A DNA stretch of 64,000 nt from a virus (lineage: Duplodnaviria > Caudoviricetes): positions 1 to 64,000 of the IMG/VR virus record IMGVR_UViG_3300021255_000123, one strand, 5' to 3'. Shown here in pieces: positions 17,896 through 27,395 of this stretch. The stretch's first letter is position 1. Each line of letters opens with the position of its first letter. The translations under genes and the position numbers were made by a program. The notes under the pieces are model-generated. The model was not told where the DNA came from. It saw nothing but the letters and a program-made list of their open reading frames with translations, and searched no databases.

Positions 17896-18344
17896 GACTC
17901 GGTTGATTCCTCTTCGGGAGATTCTACAGGATGACTGTCTGGTTGACCTTCACCGACTGGCTCATCTATGGTACCTTTAATGAGCATCGGCAGGAAGATT
18001 TCGTCGAGACGCTTCTTGGGGAACGGATGCTCCTTCTGATAAGCCTCGCGGCGGGCCTTCTCCTCAGGTGAGTTGTAGAGCTTCTCGCTCTGCTGGAACT
18101 TCCACTTGCGGACAAACGGGGCACCCTTCTCCATCAGTCGGCGCTCGACCTCTTTAAGGTCTGCCGTGTTGTCAATATGCACCTGCGACACCTTGATGGT
18201 TGCACAGACGTTGCGTTGTGTTGTGCCGGTTTTGGTGAAGGTGATTTCCGGATAGTAGTAGTCAACTATCTCAATCAAAACTCTGTCGCCATACTTCTCG
18301 ATGAGACGCTGGCGCTCTTTCTCAATTTTCGTTTTTGTTGCCAT
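17892..18344 (-). CDS. Hypothetical protein
   Basis: 150-aa ORF in operon orientation. Confidence 0.65.
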   Translation of the reverse strand: MATKTKIEKERQRLIEKYGDRVLIEIVDYYYPEITFTKTGTTQRNVCATIKVSQVHIDNTADLKEVERRLMEKGAPFVRKWKFQQSEKLYNSPEEKARREAYQKEHPFPKKRLDEIFLPMLIKGTIDEPVGEGQPDSHPVESPEEESTES

Positions 18345-18346
18345 TT

Positions 18347-19024
18347 TTAGAATATTTTTGGTACGTTAAACTCTGTCAGGACTGCGAGAGTCTGGTTTTT
18401 CAGCTTGTCATCCCAAGCACAGAGTATGCCGTATTTGCGGATGTCGTCTATCTCGGACGACACGAACATGACGGGCATGACAAGCATCAGGTCACCGTTC
18501 TCCCGCACGTTGATTGTAGGCTGGGCGCCGTGCCGGATGTACCAGCCTTTGGTTCCCCAAGACAGCATCATCTTGCCGAAGCGGGGGTTGACCCAATAGT
18601 CAGTTTCCTTGTGGACGAGGACCGACACGGAGTCGATGGGGTAGATGGTGTTGGCGAGTCGCGTTGCGGCATGGCAGCGCTCCTTGAAGCCGGCCTCGAA
18701 CTCGACCTCCTTGTACTTGTAGCCGTTCCAGTCAGTTCGCGTCTTGTAGTCTCGCGGTATGGCTCCCTTCCAGTTGGGATATTTGATTTTGACGGTGTTC
18801 TTACCGTCAGGGCCGGGGATGAATGTGCCGCTCTTGACAGCGGTGCCGTCTTTGAAGATAACCATGCCGGCCTTGTCTGGGTCGTACAGCTCATGCACGA
18901 CCAGCATGACGTGAGCATCGGTCGCTACCGCAGCCTTCTCTTCCGGGTCCATATATACGCCGCACATGGCCGGCTTGAACTTGTCTTTGCCGACAAATTT
19001 CCAAATGAAGTTTTTAAGTTCCAT
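18347..19024 (-). CDS. DnaN (sliding clamp)-like domain protein
   Basis: KPAMCGVY...AVATDAHVM resembles the RPILTGV...VATDGHRL segment of beta clamps. Confidence 0.5.
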   Translation of the reverse strand: MELKNFIWKFVGKDKFKPAMCGVYMDPEEKAAVATDAHVMLVVHELYDPDKAGMVIFKDGTAVKSGTFIPGPDGKNTVKIKYPNWKGAIPRDYKTRTDWNGYKYKEVEFEAGFKERCHAATRLANTIYPIDSVSVLVHKETDYWVNPRFGKMMLSWGTKGWYIRHGAQPTINVRENGDLMLVMPVMFVSSEIDDIRKYGILCAWDDKLKNQTLAVLTEFNVPKIF

Positions 19025-19035
19025 GATATTTTTGA

Positions 19036-19983
19036 TTAGAGGTTGTTTGCTATTGCATAATCCACAACGACGTCGCGTCTGAGCGACAGGGCGCTGGCTA
19101 TCTCTGTGTACGACATATCCTCGCTACTGAGCATCCTGACAAGCTCAATCTCCATTTCAGGAGTAATCTCCGTGAGCCAGAGGTCGTCGTTCTTGGGGTT
19201 GATGTGTGCGTCTTCGTCAATCATGCCGGCGTACTGCATACACAGGTAAGGCTCAGTGGCAATCTTGACGGTCATAACGTCGGACAGCTTCTCGCCGACC
19301 CGCGTCTTAATCTGCTTGACGTACTTGGTTTCGTTGTTCAGCTGCGAGGGAGCGATGGCAAAGGCGCTGTCGCAGAAGTTGAGTATCATCTTCGTTCCTC
19401 CAAGGCTGTTGTCCGTGATGGGTGTGTTCGGCTTGCGCTTGGGACAATGTGCGATGAGTAGGATGGTCAGGCCGAACCTGCTTTTGAGAGTCTTCAACTC
19501 CGAAATCAGCTCTTTCATCTTTGCCGCCGAGAAGATAGAACCGAAACCGTTGGTGATGTTGTCGATGATGATGAACTTGGGCGGTCTCTCCGTGCTTTGC
19601 TGGAGAATAATCTCGGTCTTGATGGCCGAGAAGAGTTTGTTCTCGACACACTTCAGGACGTCCACTTCCGACCTGCGGAAGTCGTCGGTCATATAATCAC
19701 CGGCGTTGCGGTATCTGTCTGCATACTGCTTGCTGGTCATTTCCATGTCGATGTACATGGTTGGTATCTTTGGCGATACCATTCCGGGCCAGTCGTGGCC
19801 GCCTCCGCAGACAAAGAAGGCGATGTCGTTGGCGAGGATTGACTTTCCGGTGTTGCTGTCGCCGAACAGGATGCCAAGCTCACCCTCGTAGAGGTATCTG
19901 CCGAACACCTGACGGCTGCTTTCCGTTGTCTGGGCTAGGATTTCCTTGCCTGACTGTGTTCTTACTAAATCTTTGATTGCCAT
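19036..19983 (-). CDS. AAA ATPase (RepA/AAA_25-like) with C-terminal HTH
   Basis: FGDSNTGKS Walker A, YIDMEM, FIIIDNIT Walker B, IAHCPK. Confidence 0.8.
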   Translation of the reverse strand: MAIKDLVRTQSGKEILAQTTESSRQVFGRYLYEGELGILFGDSNTGKSILANDIAFFVCGGGHDWPGMVSPKIPTMYIDMEMTSKQYADRYRNAGDYMTDDFRRSEVDVLKCVENKLFSAIKTEIILQQSTERPPKFIIIDNITNGFGSIFSAAKMKELISELKTLKSRFGLTILLIAHCPKRKPNTPITDNSLGGTKMILNFCDSAFAIAPSQLNNETKYVKQIKTRVGEKLSDVMTVKIATEPYLCMQYAGMIDEDAHINPKNDDLWLTEITPEMEIELVRMLSSEDMSYTEIASALSLRRDVVVDYAIANNL

Positions 19984-19986
19984 AAC

Positions 19987-20274
19987 TTAGTCTATTACTG
20001 ATTTGATACTTTCGATTGCGGACTCTATGTCAAGCGAGGCTTCTTTCAGAGTCCAGTTTGAACAATCCAGCTTGTCGAAGCGGGATGAACACTGCAAGCC
20101 TTTCGGGAGGTTGTAGTAAATATCCATGCCGGCGTTTGCCATCTTCTCGATGACTTTTTGCTGCTCGGATAGCGTCCTCACCACTTGGAGGAGTGTACCC
20201 CTGCTCTCTTTGTTCAGGATTGTCTTATCGCTTTCTTCACGGGCCTCGTTCCGCTGCCGGTCGAATAATGACAT
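19987..20274 (-). CDS. Hypothetical protein
   Basis: 95-aa helical ORF. Confidence 0.6.
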   Translation of the reverse strand: MSLFDRQRNEAREESDKTILNKESRGTLLQVVRTLSEQQKVIEKMANAGMDIYYNLPKGLQCSSRFDKLDCSNWTLKEASLDIESAIESIKSVID

Positions 20275-20381
20275 GACGTTCTATTTTACGAAGGATTTAC
20301 CCGTGTTGTACTTGTACCCGTCGCACAGGAGGGTAAGAAGAATAATGAAAAACATGATTGATTGTTTTTGTTTATGATTTA

Positions 20382-20405
20382 GGGACGGGCATCAAAGCCC
20401 GTCCC
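20382..20405 (-). other. GC-rich hairpin downstream of the CLec gene (terminator or DGR target-recognition hairpin)
   Basis: GGGACGGGC-6 nt-GCCCGTCCC, 15 nt after the stop codon of 20421-20876. Confidence 0.6.
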
Positions 20406-20420
20406 ATAAGATTTAAGGCC

Positions 20421-20876
20421 CTATTCATGCTTAAATGCGGCCACGGGTCGGACAACGCCAGTGCTGCACTTGTAGTTGTAGCCGATGCTCCCTGAACTGA
20501 AATACAAGCCCCAAGCGAAGGTGCTATTATACTCAGTGGAACTCCAGTAGTAATTGTCAAGCTCGGCGCCACCAATCTCGCGGAGAGTGGCATTGATTTC
20601 GTCCTTGAAGGCAGCAATGAGGTACATTTCGTGCTTGTCGAACGTTCTCTTGCCATAGGCTTTGAGCTTCTTCGTAGCCTCGTCCCATTTGAACTCCTTG
20701 CCGTCCTCGTCGAGGTCGTGGGCCTCGATGAAGATGTCGATGTCGCCGATGCAGAAGCGGACACCCTTCTGGCCGTCCTGCTCGGTAATGCTGACGATGG
20801 GGGCTCGCTCGAAGTTCGGACAATCGTGCTTCTCTTCGGCAATGATAATCTGATGTCTTTGTTCTTGCTTTGTCAT
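20421..20876 (-). CDS. DUF1566/Lcl C-type lectin-fold protein, candidate DGR target
   Basis: C-terminal YYWSSTEY...AW.LYF..G......K......VRPVAAF. Confidence 0.8.
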   Translation of the reverse strand: MTKQEQRHQIIIAEEKHDCPNFERAPIVSITEQDGQKGVRFCIGDIDIFIEAHDLDEDGKEFKWDEATKKLKAYGKRTFDKHEMYLIAAFKDEINATLREIGGAELDNYYWSSTEYNSTFAWGLYFSSGSIGYNYKCSTGVVRPVAAFKHE

Positions 20877-20882
20877 AATAGA

Positions 20883-21083
20883 TTAGTTTAAGATTGATTT
20901 GAATTTCTTTTTTAATTCTCGGAAGGCGTTGTCGAGGGCCTCGATATTGCTGTACGACTGCTCACCGATTACGGTGGTAAAGCCATGCTTGATTTTGAAC
21001 TGGTAGAACTCTCCGTTCACCAGCCTCCACCATAACATGCACTTACCCAGCCGTTCCACCTCTATTTCCTGCCCCCCCCACAT
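20883..21083 (-). CDS. Small hypothetical protein
   Basis: 66-aa ORF. Confidence 0.55.
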   Translation of the reverse strand: MWGGQEIEVERLGKCMLWWRLVNGEFYQFKIKHGFTTVIGEQSYSNIEALDNAFRELKKKFKSILN

Positions 21084-21116
21084 TCCATAACTGATTGTTT
21101 TTCATTGGTTTTAGAT

Positions 21117-21323
21117 TTACAAGTCTTGCCACCACTTGTTTGAATTATCCACAGGAGGCTTCGGCGCAACCACCGAGCCTTTCCTGACCCAGATGCAGTC
21201 GCCGTACTGACGTCCCCTGACGTTGGGAGCCAAGAGTTTTATAAAGTAACTCTTCTCGGTTTCCTTGATAACCTCGCAAGGTACTCTACAATGCTCCGGC
21301 TCTTTCTCGTACCGGTAGTTCAA
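21117..21323 (-). CDS. Small hypothetical protein (SH3-like)
   Basis: VIKETEKSYFI...CIWVRKG beta-barrel-like pattern. Confidence 0.55.
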   Translation of the reverse strand: MNYRYEKEPEHCRVPCEVIKETEKSYFIKLLAPNVRGRQYGDCIWVRKGSVVAPKPPVDNSNKWWQDL

Positions 21324-21346
21324 AAACTTGTATGTGGCTTCCGCGA

Positions 21347-21583
21347 TTACCCCTCCCCCTGTGCTTCACTGAGATAGTCGATGGCTTCGTCGAGGCTGTT
21401 GGCTGCTGCCTCCAAACTCTCGATGCCTTCGTACATCGCGGTGCCACGGTCGCTGTCTTGGATGCCCTCAGGGAGGTTTTCGTACTTGTCGTTCTCTTCC
21501 TCCTGCATTTCCTCAATGCCGGATTTGATTTCTTCGAGAGACTCTTTCCATCCGTCGATGGTCTTGCGTTGGTTCTTGTTCAT
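21347..21583 (-). CDS. Small acidic helical phage protein
   Basis: MNKNQRKTI...ENLPEGIQDSDRG pattern common in phages. Confidence 0.7.
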   Translation of the reverse strand: MNKNQRKTIDGWKESLEEIKSGIEEMQEEENDKYENLPEGIQDSDRGTAMYEGIESLEAAANSLDEAIDYLSEAQGEG

Positions 21584-21602
21584 GTCTGTTGGGTTTTATG
21601 GG

Positions 21603-21860
21603 TTAATACGTTTTTCTTTTCCGTCCGGCCAGCTCATGTGCATAGGGGCTTTCGCTCCCAAGCACGATGTCCGTGCCTTTTCCGTTGATGGTGTATGTCA
21701 TCTTTACCTCGCCGTTGTCCGTGTAGGATGCCTTAATGTCCGTGATGGCTTCCTTCCGACCAGTATAGAGGTTGCTGAACATAGATACATAGCCACGGGC
21801 GCGGTGGCGGGCGATATTGAGGTCTTTCTGGACCTTATCAACCATTTCCTGATAAAGCAT
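21603..21860 (-). CDS. Hypothetical protein
   Basis: Start MLYQEM overlaps upstream stop (TAATG). Confidence 0.6.
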   Translation of the reverse strand: MLYQEMVDKVQKDLNIARHRARGYVSMFSNLYTGRKEAITDIKASYTDNGEVKMTYTINGKGTDIVLGSESPYAHELAGRKRKTY

Positions 21861-22144
21861 TACTCTACCTCCTTTTCTTCGATTTTTACAACGCTGTCGA
21901 ACTTGCAACAGCGCCAGCCGGATTTTTCGAGGTCGTAGTACGAGGTCTGGTCCGGACGCTCAACCTGCTCGGACTCGGAGTGCTTGAACTGCTTGTCTGC
22001 CTCAGGCACATCGTCGAGGTTCAGGGTTCCGACGGCCGCACGGCGACTTCCGTCTTTCTTGATGAATACGAAGTTGGTCTTGCCAGCCTTCAATGCGGTG
22101 CGCAGCACTTCGGGCACGTCTTCTCTTTTGATTTTGTCTTCCAT
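21860..22144 (-). CDS. SH3 beta-barrel (WYL-like, DUF2693-type) protein
   Basis: FVFIKKDGSRRAAVGTL...YYDLEKSGWRCCK. Confidence 0.7.
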   Translation of the reverse strand: MEDKIKREDVPEVLRTALKAGKTNFVFIKKDGSRRAAVGTLNLDDVPEADKQFKHSESEQVERPDQTSYYDLEKSGWRCCKFDSVVKIEEKEVE

Positions 22145-22222
22145 TGTGTGATGAATTTTATTGGTTAATAGATAACGACATATTGTTTCTTTTATTGTCC
22201 ACAATTTCCAATTTTTGTCGCT

Positions 22223-22483
22223 TTAATTTATGGGTTCGAGATAAAGTTTAGCTGATATGCCACGCTGAGAAATGTGTCCGCACACCTTATACGGCTTCCG
22301 GTTGAATGTGATATACTGGCATTGATGGGTGCGCCATGTTTCCAGAGTATCACCCTTTGTGCTGCATATCTTGGTCGTCTTCCCGTCCGTAACTTCCAGT
22401 TTGCCGTATGGCATCGTATGCCGGTTGCCGAAGTACGGGAACACCCAATCGACAATGCGCTTGATTCTGACTTGTGTTTCCAT
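22223..22483 (-). CDS. Hypothetical early protein
   Basis: 86-aa ORF. Confidence 0.6.
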   Translation of the reverse strand: METQVRIKRIVDWVFPYFGNRHTMPYGKLEVTDGKTTKICSTKGDTLETWRTHQCQYITFNRKPYKVCGHISQRGISAKLYLEPIN

Positions 22484-22489
22484 GGTACG

Positions 22490-22807
22490 TTAGTTTACAT
22501 AAAATCCACAGGGCGTGTCCTGCGTTACCTCGTCGTAAGGTAGCGGGGTGCATCGTCTGTAATACTCCTCCACCTCCTCCAACGAGACTGTGCCCTGATA
22601 CTGTTTTGTGTTCTCGAAAAGCTCCTGCGCTTTCTCGGTGCATTGGGTGCCATCAATATCCATGTAGCAGAACGTGCCTTGGACCAGTTGGTACTCTTCG
22701 TCGTTGAAGTAGCAGAAGCCGTCGATGTGGATAACTTTCTTGCCGGTGCTTTTGTCAATCTCGACCTGATACACGTCGCAGTCGAGGTATTGTTTTACGT
22801 CTTCCAT
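22490..22807 (-). CDS. Hypothetical early protein
   Basis: Acidic 105-aa ORF from MEDVKQY. Confidence 0.6.
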   Translation of the reverse strand: MEDVKQYLDCDVYQVEIDKSTGKKVIHIDGFCYFNDEEYQLVQGTFCYMDIDGTQCTEKAQELFENTKQYQGTVSLEEVEEYYRRCTPLPYDEVTQDTPCGFYVN

Positions 22808-22908
22808 GATGTTTTGGTTTTGAGTTAGACCAATGCTTTGCCAAGAGCCTTGACAAGCGAGAATTGCTCCCAATTATTTACTTTGTTTGCCATGATTCTC
22901 CTTTCTTG

Positions 22909-23349
22909 TTAGCAGATGCAGTAGCAGTCATCGACATTGTTGTAGGTCAGGAAGAAGCCCTGCTTTTCAAGTTCGAGCTGCAACTCGGTGATTTGCATAT
23001 CGGTCATTTCATCCAACTCCCGATACTCGGCGCTGCCATTGCAATAGGTCTCGCAATGGGCGTATTTTTTGACTAAATCTGTTTTTACCATGATGATTGA
23101 TTTTACTGGTTTGATGAATACTTGTTCTGGATTGTGCTCCAGTTTGTCCCAATCGATATTCTGATAGGGTTCCACCGGCTCAACATGTACGTTGCGGAGG
23201 CCGATGCCGCACTCTTCTGATACGAAGTTGGGCTGAATGGCCAGACCGAGGGCGAAATGGTCTTTCTCCTCTTGTGGCATATCGGCATAGTAACTGTTGT
23301 CATCCTGCTCGTATTCTATGCGGACAACTACGTTGACGACTCGTTTCAT
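22909..23349 (-). CDS. Hypothetical early protein
   Basis: 146-aa ORF, ATGA-coupled. Confidence 0.6.
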   Translation of the reverse strand: MKRVVNVVVRIEYEQDDNSYYADMPQEEKDHFALGLAIQPNFVSEECGIGLRNVHVEPVEPYQNIDWDKLEHNPEQVFIKPVKSIIMVKTDLVKKYAHCETYCNGSAEYRELDEMTDMQITELQLELEKQGFFLTYNNVDDCYCIC

Positions 23350-23705
23350 GCTTGGGCTCCTTTCTTGATTGCGTCGATTTCTGCTTGTAGGGCAACAATC
23401 TTAGCCTTCTCCTCGGAAGTGAGGATTTTGACGTGCTTGTTGACAAGCTCCGTCAGGGCCTCAAAGTCTTCTTTCTTATCGAAGATACCTTTGATGAACT
23501 CGTTGTGATAGCTGACGAATGTATCGGCAATGGTCATAGAGAACTTGACGTTTCCAACCCCAACTTTCACATGAGCGTAGTAGCCAGGATGGTCATCCGG
23601 CATGTACTCAGCTTTCAACTCCTCGTTGAGGAAGGCTTTGCGGATTTCGTCGCGCATAGTTTGGAGAGCCTGCTCGACACGGCTCATTTCCTTTGTGTTT
23701 TCCAT
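23346..23705 (-). CDS. Hypothetical early protein
   Basis: 119-aa ORF. Confidence 0.65.
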   Translation of the reverse strand: MENTKEMSRVEQALQTMRDEIRKAFLNEELKAEYMPDDHPGYYAHVKVGVGNVKFSMTIADTFVSYHNEFIKGIFDKKEDFEALTELVNKHVKILTSEEKAKIVALQAEIDAIKKGAQA

Positions 23706-23718
23706 GATAGATTTTTTT

Positions 23719-23919
23719 TTATTTGTTTGTATTGATTTTGAAGTACCATCGACTACGTTTGTGTTCTACAATGTAGTTGCTTAGGTACATGTTTGTGAAC
23801 GTGTTGAAGATGCGGTTGTTATCTGTGATGAAGAGAGAAAGGGAGTGAAAATACTCGTTGATTAACTCCTGCAATTTCTCTTTTGTTGGCGCCGATGCCA
23901 AGATGCCTGTCTTTGTCAT
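23719..23919 (-). CDS. Hypothetical early protein
   Basis: 66-aa ORF. Confidence 0.55.
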   Translation of the reverse strand: MTKTGILASAPTKEKLQELINEYFHSLSLFITDNNRIFNTFTNMYLSNYIVEHKRSRWYFKINTNK

Positions 23920-23931
23920 AGTGCTGCGGTG

Positions 23932-24129
23932 TTAATTACATTGCTTGTCGCCGAATATCCAATCAAGGGCATCAGCGTTGTAGCGGTCGATTACATTCCA
24001 CTCCACCAGATAGTCGAGGACACGTTCAATCTTTGCTTGAACAGCATCCTGTTGGCTGAGAGGTTGAGAGAACATGTGGCACAAGTCCTCGACATCGCAA
24101 ATCGTGGGGTAAGGATTTCCGTCTGCCAT
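23932..24129 (-). CDS. Hypothetical early protein
   Basis: 65-aa ORF preceded by AACCTTAAA leader. Confidence 0.55.
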   Translation of the reverse strand: MADGNPYPTICDVEDLCHMFSQPLSQQDAVQAKIERVLDYLVEWNVIDRYNADALDWIFGDKQCN

Positions 24130-24155
24130 ATCAGATTTTGATTGATATTTAAGGT

Positions 24156-24419
24156 TTAACCAAATATTTCCTCGATGTCGTAGTCAGGAAACTCGGAGTC
24201 GTCAGATGTGTCGTTGTCAACCATCCAATCGGCTCCAGCATCCAAGATGTCATCGTATAGCATCGGGTCTGCCATCCGCAGAGGACAGCGGTCGCGCCCG
24301 ATAATTGAAAGTGCGTGTTGGTAACGAGGCTCGAAGTCATCAACATTATCAATGATGTACTGCACCATTTCTTTGGGTGCGTTCTCGGTGTTGAAGTCTG
24401 TTGCGGTGAACATGGTCAT
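24156..24419 (-). CDS. Very acidic hypothetical early protein
   Basis: 87-aa Asp-rich ORF. Confidence 0.6.
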   Translation of the reverse strand: MTMFTATDFNTENAPKEMVQYIIDNVDDFEPRYQHALSIIGRDRCPLRMADPMLYDDILDAGADWMVDNDTSDDSEFPDYDIEEIFG

Positions 24420-24425
24420 TGTGCT

Positions 24426-24944
24426 TTACAGTGATATAATCAGGTCTTCTATGTTGAAGAAGTTTGTCTTGTAGTGATAGCGAGAATAGCGGTCAGAGCA
24501 TCTATTGATAGACACCGTAAACCCGTTCCTCTCAAAATAATCACCCAAATCCAGCAACTCCTCGTGGCCGTAGAGGTAATTGCATTTCCAGATGTCATCA
24601 ACGTCTTCGACACAAATCTCTTTTTCGTCTATGACGGAATGAGGATAGGTGTCGGCTCGTTTCACCACGAGCAGGTAGTGCTTGCCGTTTCGATAGTAAA
24701 CTCCATCATCTGCTTTGCCGATGGTGTCTAACCTCCATCCTTCCGGCATACCGATGCTCAACAGCTTTTCTTTTGTGGGCGCACAAATCGTCCTGTCGTA
24801 AGATTTTGCCAGAATGAAATGAACCTCTCTTTTGCCACCTTTGATTGCGTCGATGACATATTGCTTCCGGTCAAGGAAACTCCGTGTGCTATTGTCGCAC
24901 AGGCCTTTGATTTCGTTTCTTAGTTGTTCTGCTAAATTTGCCAT
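24426..24944 (-). CDS. Hypothetical early protein
   Basis: 172-aa ORF. Confidence 0.65.
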   Translation of the reverse strand: MANLAEQLRNEIKGLCDNSTRSFLDRKQYVIDAIKGGKREVHFILAKSYDRTICAPTKEKLLSIGMPEGWRLDTIGKADDGVYYRNGKHYLLVVKRADTYPHSVIDEKEICVEDVDDIWKCNYLYGHEELLDLGDYFERNGFTVSINRCSDRYSRYHYKTNFFNIEDLIISL

Positions 24945-24956
24945 GATATTGTGATT

Positions 24957-25274
24957 TTAACGGTTGTAATTGTCAATGCTGCGGTTGCACTCTTCGTAGA
25001 ACTCCTTGCAGTTGTCGTAACTGTGAATGAGGTCGGTGTACCACACGGACAATCCATCCACATAGTTGAGGAGGTCTTGCTTGGTGTACTTTTTGGCCTC
25101 CTCACCGAGGAACTCGAACAACTCGAAGATGTCGAACCATACCACAAAGTGAAACCTCTTGAAGCGAGTCCGTGCATCGTTGATTATCTGGCCATACACT
25201 CCAAAGTAGAAGTTGTGGCACATATCGTTGTTGACCTCGTGGAGTTTCACTCGTTTTGTTATCTTGATTTCCAT
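24957..25274 (-). CDS. Hypothetical early protein
   Basis: 105-aa ORF. Confidence 0.65.
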   Translation of the reverse strand: MEIKITKRVKLHEVNNDMCHNFYFGVYGQIINDARTRFKRFHFVVWFDIFELFEFLGEEAKKYTKQDLLNYVDGLSVWYTDLIHSYDNCKEFYEECNRSIDNYNR

Positions 25275-25382
25275 AATGATAATTGTTTTGCGGTTGAGTT
25301 AAAGGGGCATTGTCGGCTGCCCCTCGGTCAACCTTAAAATCTATCAATGACACACCTGCCGACACAAGTGTTCACACAACAT

Positions 25383-25640
25383 TTATTCTTCGTTTCTCAT
25401 TCCACACTTGCGGAATAGTTCGTAGATGATAGGCTCCATCGCCTTTGGCATCCACCTCGCTGGCCCGTATGTCTCTTCATAGGGAAGCCATGTGTCATCG
25501 ACATACAACTCAATATCCATGCCTCCGTAATTCTGAGGCTCACGTCCCACAACAAAGAACCAGCGGACAGAACATTCGTCTCGGTTCACCTCAACAACGA
25601 TGCGTCCGTCTTTGTATTTTTTGCTTGCCGTGCTTTTCAT
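25383..25640 (-). CDS. Hypothetical early protein
   Basis: 85-aa ORF, ATGA/ATAG-coupled. Confidence 0.6.
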   Translation of the reverse strand: MKSTASKKYKDGRIVVEVNRDECSVRWFFVVGREPQNYGGMDIELYVDDTWLPYEETYGPARWMPKAMEPIIYELFRKCGMRNEE

Positions 25641-26251
25641 AGTAGTGCTGCTTTAAGTTCGGTTCTCGGAGTCTTTCTCTCGTAGATGGCCTCGCCATTG
25701 GAGAATTGAGCCACCTTGACCAACTCTTCTTCCGCACATGTCCGGCAAATCTTCTCGCAATCCTCGACGATACTGTCGAGCCACAGTTCGAGTTTTTTTT
25801 CCAAACCCTTTCTGTGCATTGTTGCAAGACCCTTGTTCACGGAATGGTTCCCGTCTTTGTATTTGTCCTCTACGAAAGAGAGTGCAAGAGAGCCGGTGTC
25901 TCCTTGTTTGAGCTCGTATCCGTCATAGAAGTTGTCCGAAAGTTCTATGTTGTAGTCTATGGTGGCGCCTTCATAATATGCAGAGCGGAGCCCAAGCATG
26001 ACTTTGGCATAATATATTTCGCCACCATACCGCATTTCGTAGTTTCGTTCTGTGGCGAAATGAAGTTGGTAGTCCCTTGCATAACTGCGCTCCCATTCAT
26101 CGGTATCGCTCCATGCCTTGTTTTCGGCCTTTGCCACTTCCTGTATGTCTTCACGGATGGAATCCAAATCAATGTATTCCTCAGGTTCTCTATTGATGCC
26201 TACACAATGGTAGTCTTTTGCGTTCTTTTTTGAAAAGTTGTGTGTGCTCAT
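25637..26251 (-). CDS. Acidic hypothetical early protein
   Basis: 204-aa ORF ending VAQFSNGEAIY. Confidence 0.7.
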   Translation of the reverse strand: MSTHNFSKKNAKDYHCVGINREPEEYIDLDSIREDIQEVAKAENKAWSDTDEWERSYARDYQLHFATERNYEMRYGGEIYYAKVMLGLRSAYYEGATIDYNIELSDNFYDGYELKQGDTGSLALSFVEDKYKDGNHSVNKGLATMHRKGLEKKLELWLDSIVEDCEKICRTCAEEELVKVAQFSNGEAIYERKTPRTELKAALL

Positions 26252-26347
26252 AATGTGTTACTTTTTGATGGTTAATACTATTTAAGGTTTGAATTGGTGA
26301 GTATGGGAACCTCTCGGCTCCCATACCCTGCGGAGTTTCCGACGCTC

Positions 26348-26806
26348 CTATTTGTTCTCTCCCTCGGCTTCGGGGTTCTCCACCACGGCATACTTGCCTT
26401 TTGTGATGCCTTTCACGAGGTCTTCGAGTTTCTGGCTTGACCACCAATCGTAGTCGTATCCGATTTGCAGGATGATGACACTTCCGATGATGCTGTCGGT
26501 GAACGGTGCGCCCTCTTCGCTGTTCTTGCGGTTGTGGCTGTCAACCCAAGAACAGACCATGTTGATGGCCTCAACGTCGCTCTTGCTCTTCGGCAGGAGG
26601 ACATAGGCGTGGTTGTCATCGCTGCCAGTGTCGAAGATACCATACTCGGTGCCCTCGTTGATGACACAGTTGCGCATCCGTCCGAAGATGACGCCTTTGG
26701 CAGACTTTTCGTATGTCTGGCACTCGGCCTCGTTGGTGAACTCGGTCCCGTCGCAAGCGACATAGACGGTGGTGTAGGAAATGTTTTCTCTCTGTTCTTT
26801 TTTCAT
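26348..26806 (-). CDS. Hypothetical early protein
   Basis: YVACDGTEFTNEAECQTYE motif frequent in phage small proteins. Confidence 0.7.
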   Translation of the reverse strand: MKKEQRENISYTTVYVACDGTEFTNEAECQTYEKSAKGVIFGRMRNCVINEGTEYGIFDTGSDDNHAYVLLPKSKSDVEAINMVCSWVDSHNRKNSEEGAPFTDSIIGSVIILQIGYDYDWWSSQKLEDLVKGITKGKYAVVENPEAEGENK

Positions 26807-26861
26807 TTTGATAGGATTTTAATTGTTTATAACTGAATTGATTATTCTTGATTGTTCTTGA

Positions 26862-27356
26862 TTAGCTCTGCATTATTCCTGCAAGCAGGACCAGTCCGAG
26901 GGCTGCATCCGCTTGTGCAGGAGTCTCAATCATTCCCACGGTGTCGGCGACCTTCTTCTTGGTGTCGTCATTGAGGGCGTTCCAGCCGGCCTCGAACATA
27001 TTGGTGAAGCGCTCACACTTCTCGTGTTCCTCCTTAGCCTTGCCCTCAACGAGGATGTTGCGGAGAGGTGTGCTGAGGTGTTCGGGAAGTTTGGCGCAGG
27101 CGTTCTGTCGGCTGAGGTCGTAGTCGAAGCGCTGCCACGGGCGGTTGAGCCATGAGGACTTGCCCGTAACCGTGTACAGGGTGCGATACTCGGCACCTTC
27201 ACCGCACGTTACCTCAATCTCGGTGCGCTCGGTGTGGCTGCCCGTGGTGTAGCAGTAGCGGGTGTACTCGTACACTCTCGCTGAATACTTTTTGTTGTCC
27301 GTACCGATGAAATCGTGGTACGTTACATTCTCGTTGTAAGGTTTTGTAGAAGCCAT
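26862..27356 (-). CDS. Hypothetical early protein
   Basis: WLNRPWQRFDY motif; 164 aa. Confidence 0.7.
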   Translation of the reverse strand: MASTKPYNENVTYHDFIGTDNKKYSARVYEYTRYCYTTGSHTERTEIEVTCGEGAEYRTLYTVTGKSSWLNRPWQRFDYDLSRQNACAKLPEHLSTPLRNILVEGKAKEEHEKCERFTNMFEAGWNALNDDTKKKVADTVGMIETPAQADAALGLVLLAGIMQS

Positions 27357-27395
27357 TTTTCTTTGATTTTTAAGGTTTGTTATCGATTGATTATT

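Noticed and set aside
20277-20355. Tiny frameshifted ORF (MFFIILLT...)
   Set aside because: Too short to support. Apparent single-base insertions here, near 10660 and near 34322 are in short homopolymers and may be sequencing errors.
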